From Candidatus Eiseniibacteriota bacterium (GTDB lineage: Bacteria > Eisenbacteria > RBG-16-71-46 > CAZAMP01), in NCBI GenBank assembly GCA_965224245.1, contig OZ245046.1, positions 1,600,001-1,664,000 of the forward strand: a stretch of DNA of 64,000 nucleotides, in the 5' to 3' direction. The notes below the pieces were generated by a model. It did no database searches. It was not told the DNA's origin and saw nothing but the letters and a program-made list of their open reading frames with translations. Position 1 is the stretch's first letter. Each line of letters begins with the position of its first letter. This document shows positions 19,355-28,614 of the stretch, piece by piece. A program made the position numbers and the translations under genes.

Positions 19355-20490
19355 GCATCGATGACCGTACGTTCCAGATCAGCCGTCCGGTGTGTCCCGA
19401 CGTCGACGCCCTCGTGCCCGAGCTCCGCGAGATCCTGGAGTCGGGTCAGCTGACGAACGGTCGCCACGTGCGCCGGCTGGAAGAGGCCGTCTCGGCGTAC
19501 ACGGGGGCCGAGGTGGTCGCGCTGGCGTCGAACACATCGGGCATGATGCTGAGCTGGAGCGCGTTCGACCTGGCCGGCGAGGTGCTGGTCCCGGCGTTCA
19601 CGTTCCCCGCCACCGCGCACGCTCTTCGCTGGAACGGGCTCGAGCCGGTGCTCGTGGATTGCGACCGCGAGACGTTCAACATCGACCCGGACGACGTCGA
19701 GCGGAAGTGCACGTCGCGCACGGTCGGGATCGCGCCGGTGTACATCTTCGGGAATGCGCCGGACTGGGAGCGACTCGGTGCGATCGCGCGCCGCCACGAT
19801 CTTCGGGTGGTCTCGGATGCGGCCCATGCGTTCGGCACGACCATCCACGGTCGACACGCCGGTCACTTCGGGGACGTCGAGATCTTCTCCCTGGCCCCCA
19901 CGAAGATCCTGACCACGGCCGAGGGCGGGCTTGCGATCACGCGTGACGCCGAGCTGGCCGACGTCCTCAGGCGAACGCGGAACTACGGCAATCCCGGCGA
20001 TTACAACTGCCGCGAGCTGGGTCTGAACGCGCGGATGACCGAGGTGCACGCACTTCTCGGGCTGCACGGCCTGGCCGGTCACGAGGCGCAGCTCGAGCAC
20101 CGGCAGCGCCTGGCCGCCCGTTATCGCGAGCTCCTCGGCGACGTGCCGGGCATCGCGTTCCAGTCGATCGGGGCGGGCGTGCGCACAACCTACAACTACT
20201 TCGCGATCGTGGTCGAGCCGGGGGCGTTCGGTCTCACCAACCATGAGCTGAAGGCGTTTTTGGCCGGGCACGGCGTCGAGAGCAAGGTGTACTTCCATCC
20301 GCCCATTCACCGGCAGACGCTGTACGCGTCGCTGGCCGGCGCGGAGGTCCCCAATACCGAGTGGCTGTGCGAGCGGATCCTGTGCATCCCGCTGACCGGT
20401 CACCTCGACGAGGCCGACGTCGAGACCATCGCCGGACTCGTCGTCGATGCGCGGCGGACGGCGCGCTCCCGAGAGGACGCGGTGACGTGA
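19351..20490 (+). CDS. DegT/DnrJ/EryC1/StrS sugar aminotransferase
   Basis: PAFTFPAT, SDAAHAFG, PLP-lysine motif FSLAPTKILTTAEGG. Confidence 0.9.
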   Translation: MSIDDRTFQISRPVCPDVDALVPELREILESGQLTNGRHVRRLEEAVSAYTGAEVVALASNTSGMMLSWSAFDLAGEVLVPAFTFPATAHALRWNGLEPVLVDCDRETFNIDPDDVERKCTSRTVGIAPVYIFGNAPDWERLGAIARRHDLRVVSDAAHAFGTTIHGRHAGHFGDVEIFSLAPTKILTTAEGGLAITRDAELADVLRRTRNYGNPGDYNCRELGLNARMTEVHALLGLHGLAGHEAQLEHRQRLAARYRELLGDVPGIAFQSIGAGVRTTYNYFAIVVEPGAFGLTNHELKAFLAGHGVESKVYFHPPIHRQTLYASLAGAEVPNTEWLCERILCIPLTGHLDEADVETIAGLVVDARRTARSREDAVT

Positions 20491-21140
20491 AGCACGAGGG
20501 CCTCTATGCGCGGGCGCTGAAGCCCGCCCTCGATCGTCTGGTCGCGCTCGCGATCGTCGTGATCGGTGCGTTGCCCGGTCTGGCGCTGGCGCTCGCGGTG
20601 CGCCTGGACTCGCGCGGACCGGTCTTCTATCGACAGGTACGTGTGGGGAAGAACGGTCGTGTGTTCCAGATGCTGAAGTTCCGGTCCATGGTGGTGGGAG
20701 CCGAGCACCAGGGGGCGGGCATCCGCGTCGAGAGGAACGACGCCCGGATCACCCGCGTCGGGAGGCTCCTCCGCCGGACGAGCCTCGACGAGCTGCCGCA
20801 GGTCTTCAACATCCTGCGGGGCGAGATGAGCGTCGTCGGACCCCGGCCGGGGCTCGAGTTTCAGGTGGCGAAGTACACGCCGGAGCAGCGCCGCCGCCTG
20901 CTGGTGGCACCGGGCATCACGGGATGGGCCCAGGTGAACGGCCGGAACGCGATTCCGTGGGACGAGCGCATCCGGCGCGACCTCGAGTACGTGGATCGGA
21001 TCTCGCCGGCGCTCGACCTCGAGATCCTCTGGCGGACGATCGGCACCGTCCTGAACCCGCGGGATCAGATCGCGGCCAAGGCGTTCTTCGGCGAGCGGCC
21101 GGGTGACGATCGCCCTACCGCGTCGGGGGACCGCGCATGA
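20487..21140 (+). CDS. Initiating phosphoglycosyltransferase (PglC/Bac_transf)
   Basis: [20 protein letters not shown], intact catalytic [30 protein letters not shown]. Confidence 0.9.
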   Translation: MKHEGLYARALKPALDRLVALAIVVIGALPGLALALAVRLDSRGPVFYRQVRVGKNGRVFQMLKFRSMVVGAEHQGAGIRVERNDARITRVGRLLRRTSLDELPQVFNILRGEMSVVGPRPGLEFQVAKYTPEQRRRLLVAPGITGWAQVNGRNAIPWDERIRRDLEYVDRISPALDLEILWRTIGTVLNPRDQIAAKAFFGERPGDDRPTASGDRA

Positions 21141-22306
21141 GCCCGATCCGGACGATACGTCGGGCCGCGGCGCTCCTGGCCTCATCGGCCGCGCTCGTGG
21201 TGCCGGCCACCGCGGATCCGACCGTGGCCGAGCCGATGCCCGCGGCGCGAGACGTGCAAGTGGATCCGGACTTCGACCCCGGGCACCTGTCGCCGCTGGC
21301 CCGGACGTGGTACGACCGCGTGGTCGAGTCCATCGAGGCCAGCCGCGAGACGATCGAGACGCGCGCCGCGTCCGACGATCTCTACCTCCTGGGCCGGTTC
21401 GTCGGCGACTATCAGGCCGCGCTGGTGGCGGCGCTACGGGCCACCGGAGATCGGCGGTTCCTCGATCGAGTGTACGAGGTGGCCGAGATCGCGCGCGCGA
21501 GCCTCCGGGACGCCTGGGACGACGGCACGACCGACGGTCACCTGAACTGGCGGATGCGGACGGCGGACGCGCCGCCGTACCACGGCAACGACCGGCACCA
21601 GATGGACGAGGCGATGGTGCACGGCAACGTCGCGCTGTGGGCGGCCGTGCTCGACGCGAACCGGGACGTGGACGCCCGCTTCGCGGAGGCGGCCGACTTC
21701 TGGCGCGACTATCTCGAGAACCACTTCCTGGCCAAGTGGCGCGTGCGAGCCGGCGGTGACCGCGTCGCGAGCTGGGACGGACCGCGCGGGTTCTACAAGC
21801 GCTTCGTTCACCCCCGGATCAATCAGCTCCGGGCGGCCCACTACCTCTGGCGCCTCACGGGGGACGGGTTCTACCGGGAGCGGGAGCGGAGCGTCTCGGC
21901 GGACGTGCTGGGTGCGATCGTCGAGAACCCGACGCACCCGGGTGCCGTGCGCTGGAAGCACCAGGTATCCGGCAAGGACGAGGGCTGGCAGAAGCTGAAC
22001 TACGCGCAGTATGCGCTGCGCGTGATGATCGAGCTGTACGAGGAGCAGGTCGACGGCTTCGACGAGTGGCTGATGACGCGTCTCGCGACGACGGTTCGCG
22101 ACGTCGTGTTCGCCGAGGCGGATGAGCACCGGATGACCGCCCGCATCTCGGGCGAGGGCAGCACGGGACTTCGCGTGTTCGCGCTCAGCGCGTACGCGGC
22201 CTGGGATCCCACCGGACGCATCCTCAGGATCGCCGATGCGACCTACAAGCCCGGATCGTACGGCCTGTCCACGGCCGCGTACGCGTTGTGGGCCCTCTGC
22301 CCATGA
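21137..22306 (+). CDS. Secreted hypothetical protein, probable (alpha/alpha)-toroid fold
   Basis: Signal peptide (ATA|D); ATGDRRFLD and LTGDGFYRE helix-repeat motifs; coupled to the PGT gene. Confidence 0.6.
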   Translation: MSPIRTIRRAAALLASSAALVVPATADPTVAEPMPAARDVQVDPDFDPGHLSPLARTWYDRVVESIEASRETIETRAASDDLYLLGRFVGDYQAALVAALRATGDRRFLDRVYEVAEIARASLRDAWDDGTTDGHLNWRMRTADAPPYHGNDRHQMDEAMVHGNVALWAAVLDANRDVDARFAEAADFWRDYLENHFLAKWRVRAGGDRVASWDGPRGFYKRFVHPRINQLRAAHYLWRLTGDGFYRERERSVSADVLGAIVENPTHPGAVRWKHQVSGKDEGWQKLNYAQYALRVMIELYEEQVDGFDEWLMTRLATTVRDVVFAEADEHRMTARISGEGSTGLRVFALSAYAAWDPTGRILRIADATYKPGSYGLSTAAYALWALCP

Positions 22307-22435
22307 CGCCCACGGTCGCGAGGACGGGACGCGCCGCGCGGCGGCGCCGGAGACGGCGACGACACGCCCTCACGCCCCGTGCGTGGCGGCGATCACTCGA
22401 CGCGCCTCGGCGCGCGTGAAACGAGGAAGGACGAC

Positions 22436-24112
22436 GTGGCAAACCGACCTGACGGCACCGGCGCCCGATCGGCCGAGGTGACCGGCGTACGGCGCATCCA
22501 GATCTACGACACGACGCTGCGCGACGGAACGCAGGGGCTCGGCTTCAACCTCTCGGTCGGCCAGAAGCTCGAGGTGCTCAAGCAGCTCGATCGCATGGGT
22601 GTGGACTACGTCGAGGGAGGCTACCCGCTCTCCAACCCGAAGGACGCGGCGTTCTTCGCCGAGGCTCGCGACGTCCGGCTGAACCGGACGAAGCTCGCCG
22701 CGTTCGGCATGACGCGGCGAAAGGGCGTCTCCGCGGCCGAGGACACCGGAATGCGGGCGCTCGTGGCGGCCGAGACGCCGGTGGTCACCGTGGTCGGCAA
22801 GACCTGGGACTTCCACGTGCGGGAGGTCCTGCGGGTGAGCCTGGACGAGAACCTGGCCATGATCCGCGACTCTCTCGGGTTCCTGGCCGACGCGGGGCGC
22901 GAGGTCATCTACGACGCGGAGCACTTCTTCGACGGCTACCGGGAGAATCCCACCTATGCGCTCGAGACGCTCCGGGCGGCCCTCGACGGACGGGCCACCA
23001 CGCTCGTCCTCTGCGATACGAACGGCGGCACGATGCCGTCGGTGCTCGGGGACATCGTGGGCGAGGTCCGGCGCACGTTCCCCGACGTCGCGATCGGGAT
23101 CCACCCGCACAACGACTCGGCGCTGGCGGTGGCCAACGCGCTCGAGGCGGTGCTCCGGGGCGCCTCTCAGGTGCAGGGCACGATCAACGGCGTCGGCGAG
23201 CGCTGCGGCAACGTCGATCTGATCCCGGTCGTGGCGAACCTGAGCCTGAAGCTCGGGTTCGACGTCCTGGGGGGCGCGCCCGACGTCTCGCGTCTCACCG
23301 AGCTCAGCCGCTTCGTGAACCACATCGCCGATCGGGACCCCGAGCGCAACCAGGCCTACGTCGGCGAGTCCGCGTTCGCGCACAAGGGCGGCATGCACGT
23401 CCACGCCGTTCAGCGCAACGTCGCCACCTACGAGCACGTGCCGCCCGAGTCGGTGGGCAACGAGCGGCGCATTCTGGTCAGTGAGCTGAGTGGCGTCTCG
23501 AACATCCAGGACCGGATCGCGACGCTGATGGGGCGGCGGGAGCTCGATCGCGATACGCTACGGATGATCCTCGATGCGGTCAACCGCCTCGAGAAAGAGG
23601 GGTACGTGTTCGAGGAGGCCGAGGCCAGCTTCGAGCTGCTCGTGCGCCGCCTGATCGGCGAGGAACACCGTCACTTCCGGCTGGATCACTACCAGGCCAG
23701 CGTGTTCAAGATGGAGGGCGCTCACCCGGTCTCGACGGGGCTCGTCCGCGCACGTGTCGACGGCGAGGTCGTCCGGGGCACGTCCGAGGGCGAGGATCCG
23801 CTCTCGGCGCTGGACGGCGCGCTCCGGCGCGCGCTCGAGACGCACTTCCCCGAGCTGGACACGGTCGACTGCATCGATCGGAAGTTCCGCGCGATCGACA
23901 AGCCCGGCACGCGCTCGTGCCCGGTTCGTGTGCTGACCACGTTCGCCTGCGGGACGCGTCACTGGACCACGGTGGCCATCGGGGAGAACGTGATCGATGC
24001 CGGCCTCCAGTGTCTGGTAGAGGGCTTCGAGTGGCATCTCCTTCACGCGAACGAGATGCTGGACGGTGACCTGGCAGGCACGCCGGGCCGTGCGGAAGGG
24101 AGCACCCGGTGA
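22436..24112 (+). CDS. cimA: Citramalate synthase (CimA-type DRE-TIM) with divergent regulatory domain
   Basis: IYDTTLRDGTQG, EGGYPLSNPKD, GKTWDFHV, YDAEHFFDG, LCDTNGG, GIHPHND, GERCGN, AFAHKGGMHV, SELSG, EAEASFEL. GTG start after GAGGAAGG. Confidence 0.85.
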   Translation: MANRPDGTGARSAEVTGVRRIQIYDTTLRDGTQGLGFNLSVGQKLEVLKQLDRMGVDYVEGGYPLSNPKDAAFFAEARDVRLNRTKLAAFGMTRRKGVSAAEDTGMRALVAAETPVVTVVGKTWDFHVREVLRVSLDENLAMIRDSLGFLADAGREVIYDAEHFFDGYRENPTYALETLRAALDGRATTLVLCDTNGGTMPSVLGDIVGEVRRTFPDVAIGIHPHNDSALAVANALEAVLRGASQVQGTINGVGERCGNVDLIPVVANLSLKLGFDVLGGAPDVSRLTELSRFVNHIADRDPERNQAYVGESAFAHKGGMHVHAVQRNVATYEHVPPESVGNERRILVSELSGVSNIQDRIATLMGRRELDRDTLRMILDAVNRLEKEGYVFEEAEASFELLVRRLIGEEHRHFRLDHYQASVFKMEGAHPVSTGLVRARVDGEVVRGTSEGEDPLSALDGALRRALETHFPELDTVDCIDRKFRAIDKPGTRSCPVRVLTTFACGTRHWTTVAIGENVIDAGLQCLVEGFEWHLLHANEMLDGDLAGTPGRAEGSTR

Positions 24113-24756
24113 AGTTCCTCATGATCGGGGCCGGACAGACCGGCCGGCTCCTGGCCGAGATCGTTCACCGGATCCCCGGGCTCGAGTGTGTCGGCATGCT
24201 CGACCGGGATCCGGCGCTGCACGGACAGTCGTTCTACGGCGTCTCCGTGCTGGGCGGGGAGGAGCTCCTGGAGGCGCACGTGGGCAAGGTGGAGGGGGCG
24301 CTGCCGGTCGTGGGCGACCTGACGGCCCGTCTTCGCCTGTTTAGACGGGTGCAGGCCATGGGGTATCGCGTGCCGACGATCATCGAGCCCTCGGTGGTGG
24401 CCGCCTCGGACGTGCAGTACGGCGCGGGCGTCTTCATCTCGATGAACACGGCGATCCTGACCAACGTCCGCATCGGCGACTACGGGTTCATCGGAACCGG
24501 TGTCAACGTGCTCCACGACACGACGATCGGCTCGAACTGCGTCGTCGGCGGCGGCACGGTCATCGGGGCGTCGGTCACGGTGGGCAACAACGTGGCATTC
24601 GGGACCGGCGTCACGGTGGCCTCGGGTCACAAGCGAATCGGCGACAACGCGAACGTCGCCGCCGGCTCGGTCATTCTGAAGGACGTGCCCGACAACGCGT
24701 TCGTGCTCGGCAACCCGGCGCGCGTGATCGGCTTCAACCCGTCCGTGGAGCTGTAG
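24109..24756 (+). CDS. NeuD/PglD-family sugar acyltransferase
   Basis: N-terminal Rossmann-like IGAG, hexapeptide repeats, His in VLHD, KDVP...GNPAR. Confidence 0.85.
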   Translation: MKFLMIGAGQTGRLLAEIVHRIPGLECVGMLDRDPALHGQSFYGVSVLGGEELLEAHVGKVEGALPVVGDLTARLRLFRRVQAMGYRVPTIIEPSVVAASDVQYGAGVFISMNTAILTNVRIGDYGFIGTGVNVLHDTTIGSNCVVGGGTVIGASVTVGNNVAFGTGVTVASGHKRIGDNANVAAGSVILKDVPDNAFVLGNPARVIGFNPSVEL

Positions 24757-24765
24757 GAGGACGCC

Positions 24766-26256
24766 GTGAGCTCGATCTTTCAGGACATCCTCGGTCGCAC
24801 CGACGGGCTCGATCGCCCGGCGTTCCACGGCGACCGTGCGTTCACCCACGGGGCGTTCCTCGACCACGTGGCGCGCTTCGTCGGCGCGTTCGAGCGGGCC
24901 GCCATCACGCCGGGCGATCGCGTCGCGCTGTGCGTGGATCAAGGGGCCGACTACGCGGCCGCGCTGGTGGCGCTGCGCCGCGTGGGCGCGGTCGCGGTGC
25001 TGATGGCCCCCGACTGGACGGATGCCGAGAAGGACCGCGTGGCCGACGTGGCCGAGGTCCGCTTCGCGGTGGCCGACATGCCGCTTCTGGGCACACGCGC
25101 CGTCGCGTCGGCCGAGAACGTGAGCGGCGACGCGACGCTCCTCGCGTTCGACGTCGTGCCGACCGAGCCGAGCGGTCCCGACGACGCGGTGCTGATCTTC
25201 ACGTCCGGTACGACCGGGGCTCCGAAGGGCGTGATTCTGACCGAGTCGTGCATCTCGGCCAACGTGCGAGCCGTGTCGCGCTACCTGTCGCTGGGTCCCG
25301 CCGACGGCTCACCGGTGTTCACTCCGCCGTGCTACGCCTACTCGCTCTCGCTGAACCTGACCCATCTATGGTCGGGCGCGGCCATGCTGCCGGTGCCGGC
25401 GGGGCTGATGTTCCCGATCGAGATCCTTCAGGGCATCGCGCAGCATCGGTTGACCGGCGTCTCCGCCACGCCGACCGCGTTCCGGCTCCTGGCCCAGGTC
25501 GACCCGGACGCACCGGTGGATCTCACCTCGGTGCGCTACGTGATGACCGGCGGACAGTTCCTCGATCTCCGCCTCGTGCGGACACTGGGCGAGCTGTTCC
25601 CGAAGGCCGACGTCGTGAACATGTACGGGTGCTCGGAGAACTCGCCCCGCATCAGCTATCTCGTCGTGGACGGCCAGCACGGGCTGGACGACGCGGGCTA
25701 CTACGCGGTGGGCCGCGCCGTCGACGGCACGCGGATCGAGATCCTCGACGGCGAGGGCCGTCCGGTGGCGCCGGGCACGACCGGCGAGGTGGTGATCTCG
25801 GGGACGAGCCTGATGCGCGGGTACTGGCGGGATCCGGAGAGCACCGCCGAGCGCCTCGTGGACGGGCGGTTCCACACGCGTGACCTCGGATATCTGGACG
25901 CCGAGGGGCTGTTGCACCTGACCGGCCGCGCCACCAGCATCATCAACATCGGCAACGAGAAGGTGTCGCCCGAGGAGGTCGAGAAGGTGCTGGCCGGGGT
26001 CGAGGGTGTCCGCGAGGCGGCCGTCTACGGCGCGCCCGATCCGATGCTGGGCGAGAGCGTGCACGCCCTAGTGGTGCTGGAGCCCGGGGCACGGGTGCAG
26101 GTGACCGACCTCCAGCGTCACTGCCGTCGCGTGGTGTCCGGGTACAAGGTGCCCAGACGGATCGACATCGTGGCCACGCTTCCGCGCACGTTGTACGGCA
26201 AGATCGATCGCACGCGTCTGACCGAGATGGCTCGCGAGAACGCGACCATCGGCTGA
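24766..26256 (+). CDS. Class I adenylate-forming enzyme (acyl-CoA/acyl-ACP ligase)
   Basis: IFTSGTTGAPKG, NMYGCSE, FHTRDLGY, GR...INIGNEKVSPEEVE, LPRTLYGKIDR. Confidence 0.88.
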   Translation: MSSIFQDILGRTDGLDRPAFHGDRAFTHGAFLDHVARFVGAFERAAITPGDRVALCVDQGADYAAALVALRRVGAVAVLMAPDWTDAEKDRVADVAEVRFAVADMPLLGTRAVASAENVSGDATLLAFDVVPTEPSGPDDAVLIFTSGTTGAPKGVILTESCISANVRAVSRYLSLGPADGSPVFTPPCYAYSLSLNLTHLWSGAAMLPVPAGLMFPIEILQGIAQHRLTGVSATPTAFRLLAQVDPDAPVDLTSVRYVMTGGQFLDLRLVRTLGELFPKADVVNMYGCSENSPRISYLVVDGQHGLDDAGYYAVGRAVDGTRIEILDGEGRPVAPGTTGEVVISGTSLMRGYWRDPESTAERLVDGRFHTRDLGYLDAEGLLHLTGRATSIINIGNEKVSPEEVEKVLAGVEGVREAAVYGAPDPMLGESVHALVVLEPGARVQVTDLQRHCRRVVSGYKVPRRIDIVATLPRTLYGKIDRTRLTEMARENATIG

Positions 26257-26314
26257 CGTCGGGCTCGGGAAACGGCTCTCGGCGTCCCGCCGCCGGGCGG
26301 GAGGAGGTTCCACG

Positions 26315-26557
26315 GTGAGTGTTCGCGACGACGTCCTTGGGTATCTGAAGCGCATCAACCCGACCGTCATCGAGCGGATGCCCGAGCCCGAGGGCCTCAA
26401 GCTCCGGCGGGTGCTGGACTCGCTCGACATGATGGACTTCATCACGCATCTCGAGCAGAGCTACTCGATCAAGGTAACCGACGAGGACGTCCTGACGCGG
26501 AACTTCGAGACGGTGGGGTCCGTGATCCAGTTCGTGGAGTCGAAGACGACCTCGTGA
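26315..26557 (+). CDS. Acyl carrier protein
   Basis: 80 aa; phosphopantetheine site LDSLD; NFETV; GGAGGAGG RBS. Confidence 0.85.
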   Translation: MSVRDDVLGYLKRINPTVIERMPEPEGLKLRRVLDSLDMMDFITHLEQSYSIKVTDEDVLTRNFETVGSVIQFVESKTTS

Positions 26558-26613
26558 TCGTTCGAGGCCCCGACCTCGACCCGCGGCTCCGAGGCGGGCT
26601 CCGTCCCGTAGCG

Positions 26614-26646
26614 GAACGCCCCTCCGCCGGATGACGAAGGGGCGTC
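26614..26646 (-). terminator. Hairpin between the convergent ACP and ctpA genes
   Basis: Minus strand ACGCCCCTTCG-8nt-CGGAGGGGCGT stem; weak U tail. Confidence 0.5.
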
Positions 26647-26666
26647 TTGCGGACGGTGCGGTCGAG

Positions 26667-28334
26667 CTACTGATCCTGGACGGCCGGCTCCTGCGCGCTG
26701 CCCTCCTGCACCACGTCCAGGAACGCCTCGATCTCTCCGTTGGCGAGCAGCGTCGCCTCGTAGAAGTGCGTGAGCGCCTCGCGCACCCCCGGGTCGTTGT
26801 CGATGATCACCTGATAGCGCCGGTTGGGTCCCCAGACGTTGCTGGCGATCTCGACCCGGAGCCAGTGATCGACGAACGGTCGCTCTGCGGTGATGGTGTC
26901 CGCCGTGAGGTCCTCGTTCTCGGGGGCTCGCCCGAGCACGTAGCTCGTGAACTGGCCGAACATCTCGTCGCTGGTCTTCCAGGAGGCGAGGAAGTCCTCG
27001 AACGATCCCAGATCGGGATGCTCGTTGCCGATGGTCTCGTTGGCGAAGTTGAAGAAGTAGCGGTCCTGCGGGTTCAGGAGAGCGGCCTGCGTGTCGTTCA
27101 GCGAGTAGTCGGGATCGACGACCACGTCGGGCATGATGCCGCCGCCGCCGTAGACGGGGCGCCCGGCGGCCGTCATGTAGGTCGGACGCTCGTCGATCTC
27201 GTGGCCTTCCTCGACGAGCTCGGCCGCGCCGGCGTCGGTGCCGGCCTCGGTCAGGTACTCGTGACGGTCCTTGCCCTTGTACGGGCGCTGGATCAGCCGG
27301 CCGCTCGGGGTGTAGTACTTGGCCACGGTCAACAGGAGGGCGCCGCCGCCGCGGATGGGGAACTGGCGCTGAACGAGCCCCTTGCCGAACGACGTGGTGC
27401 CCACGACCAGCCCGCGATCCCAGTCCTGGACGGCGCCCGAGACGATCTCGGACGCGGACGCGCTGCCCTGATCGATCATCACGATCAGGGGATAGCGCGG
27501 GTGCGTGGAGCCCTCGGTCGAGAAGTACTCCTCGGACGAGCCGCGAATGCGACCCTTGGTGTAGACGACGAGCTTGCCGCCCGACACGAACTTGTCGGCC
27601 ACGGCGATGGCCTGGTTGAGGTAGCCGCCGGTGTTGCCGCGCAGGTCCAGGACGAGCCTCTCCATGCCCTGATCGGCCAGCTCGTTGATCGCCTCCTCGA
27701 GCTCGTCGGCGGTGTGCGCCGAGAACCGGTTGGCCCGGATGAAGCCCGTGTCCGCGCTCAGCATGAAGTAGTGAGAGACCGACTTGATGGCGATCTTGGA
27801 TCGCTTGATCTCGACGTGGATGAGCGCGTCCTCGCCCGGCCTCTCGATGCCGACCTCGACGACGGATCCCTCCGGTCCGCGCAGACGCTCCATGACCTCG
27901 GGATTGGTGATGCCGATGGCGCTCTCGCCCTCGATCTCGACGATGCGGTCGCCGGGCTTGATGCCGAGGTCCCACGACGGTGAGCCCTCGATCGGCGAGA
28001 TGACGGTCAGCACGTCGTCGACGATCTCGAACGAGATGCCGATGCCCGAGTACTCGCCGGTGTTGAGCTCCTGCATGCGGCGGTTGGCGTCGGGCCGGAG
28101 GTAGTTCGTATGGGGATCGAGGTCCTTCAGCATGCCCTCGATCGCGTCGTTGATCATGGCCTCGGTGTCGACCGTGTCGACGTAGTTGTGCTTGACCAGG
28201 GTCAGGATCTTGTTGAAGCGCTGGATCTGCTCGAGCAGGTCGGAGCTGTCCGCGCGGGCGATCGACGGCGGCACCAGAGCCAGCGTCGTGGTGATCAGCA
28301 GCAGTGCGAGCGATCGGGTCCGGGGCGTCGTCAT
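26667..28334 (-). CDS. ctpA: S41 carboxyl-terminal processing protease (CtpA/Prc)
   Basis: Signal peptide, LDPHT, PDZ (GIKPGDRIVEI), LDLRGNTGG, catalytic SASASEI, FGKGLVQ, AKYYTPSGR. Confidence 0.92.
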   Translation of the reverse strand: MTTPRTRSLALLLITTTLALVPPSIARADSSDLLEQIQRFNKILTLVKHNYVDTVDTEAMINDAIEGMLKDLDPHTNYLRPDANRRMQELNTGEYSGIGISFEIVDDVLTVISPIEGSPSWDLGIKPGDRIVEIEGESAIGITNPEVMERLRGPEGSVVEVGIERPGEDALIHVEIKRSKIAIKSVSHYFMLSADTGFIRANRFSAHTADELEEAINELADQGMERLVLDLRGNTGGYLNQAIAVADKFVSGGKLVVYTKGRIRGSSEEYFSTEGSTHPRYPLIVMIDQGSASASEIVSGAVQDWDRGLVVGTTSFGKGLVQRQFPIRGGGALLLTVAKYYTPSGRLIQRPYKGKDRHEYLTEAGTDAGAAELVEEGHEIDERPTYMTAAGRPVYGGGGIMPDVVVDPDYSLNDTQAALLNPQDRYFFNFANETIGNEHPDLGSFEDFLASWKTSDEMFGQFTSYVLGRAPENEDLTADTITAERPFVDHWLRVEIASNVWGPNRRYQVIIDNDPGVREALTHFYEATLLANGEIEAFLDVVQEGSAQEPAVQDQ

Positions 28335-28493
28335 CGGCCGCTCCATCAGGTGGGAGTCTCGTCGTTTCGGGGGCTCGGTCGCGGCCCTCGTCGTGTCCGG
28401 AGGCTGGGCCGCCGAAGGTCGCGTGCGAGGGGTCGCCGACTCCGCGCCGACGGTCACCTCGGCGGGTGCGCGGCGCGTCGACCGTAACTACCG

Positions 28494-28567
28494 GCGGACT
28501 ATACCACAGGTTCCGTTAAACTCTATGTCGGCAGGCTCTTGCGCGCTCATGACGGTTTACCTACCCT
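28494..28567. promoter_or_regulatory. Divergent sigma70-like promoters (ctpA / SDR operon)
   Basis: Minus strand: extended -10 TGgTATAGT (ACTATA at 28498-28503). Plus strand: TTGCGC (28539)-17 nt-TACCCT (28562). Confidence 0.4.
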
Positions 28568-28614
28568 CGGCGATCGGTTTCTGTGTTCGAACACGGCGAA
28601 GGGATGGGACGGGC

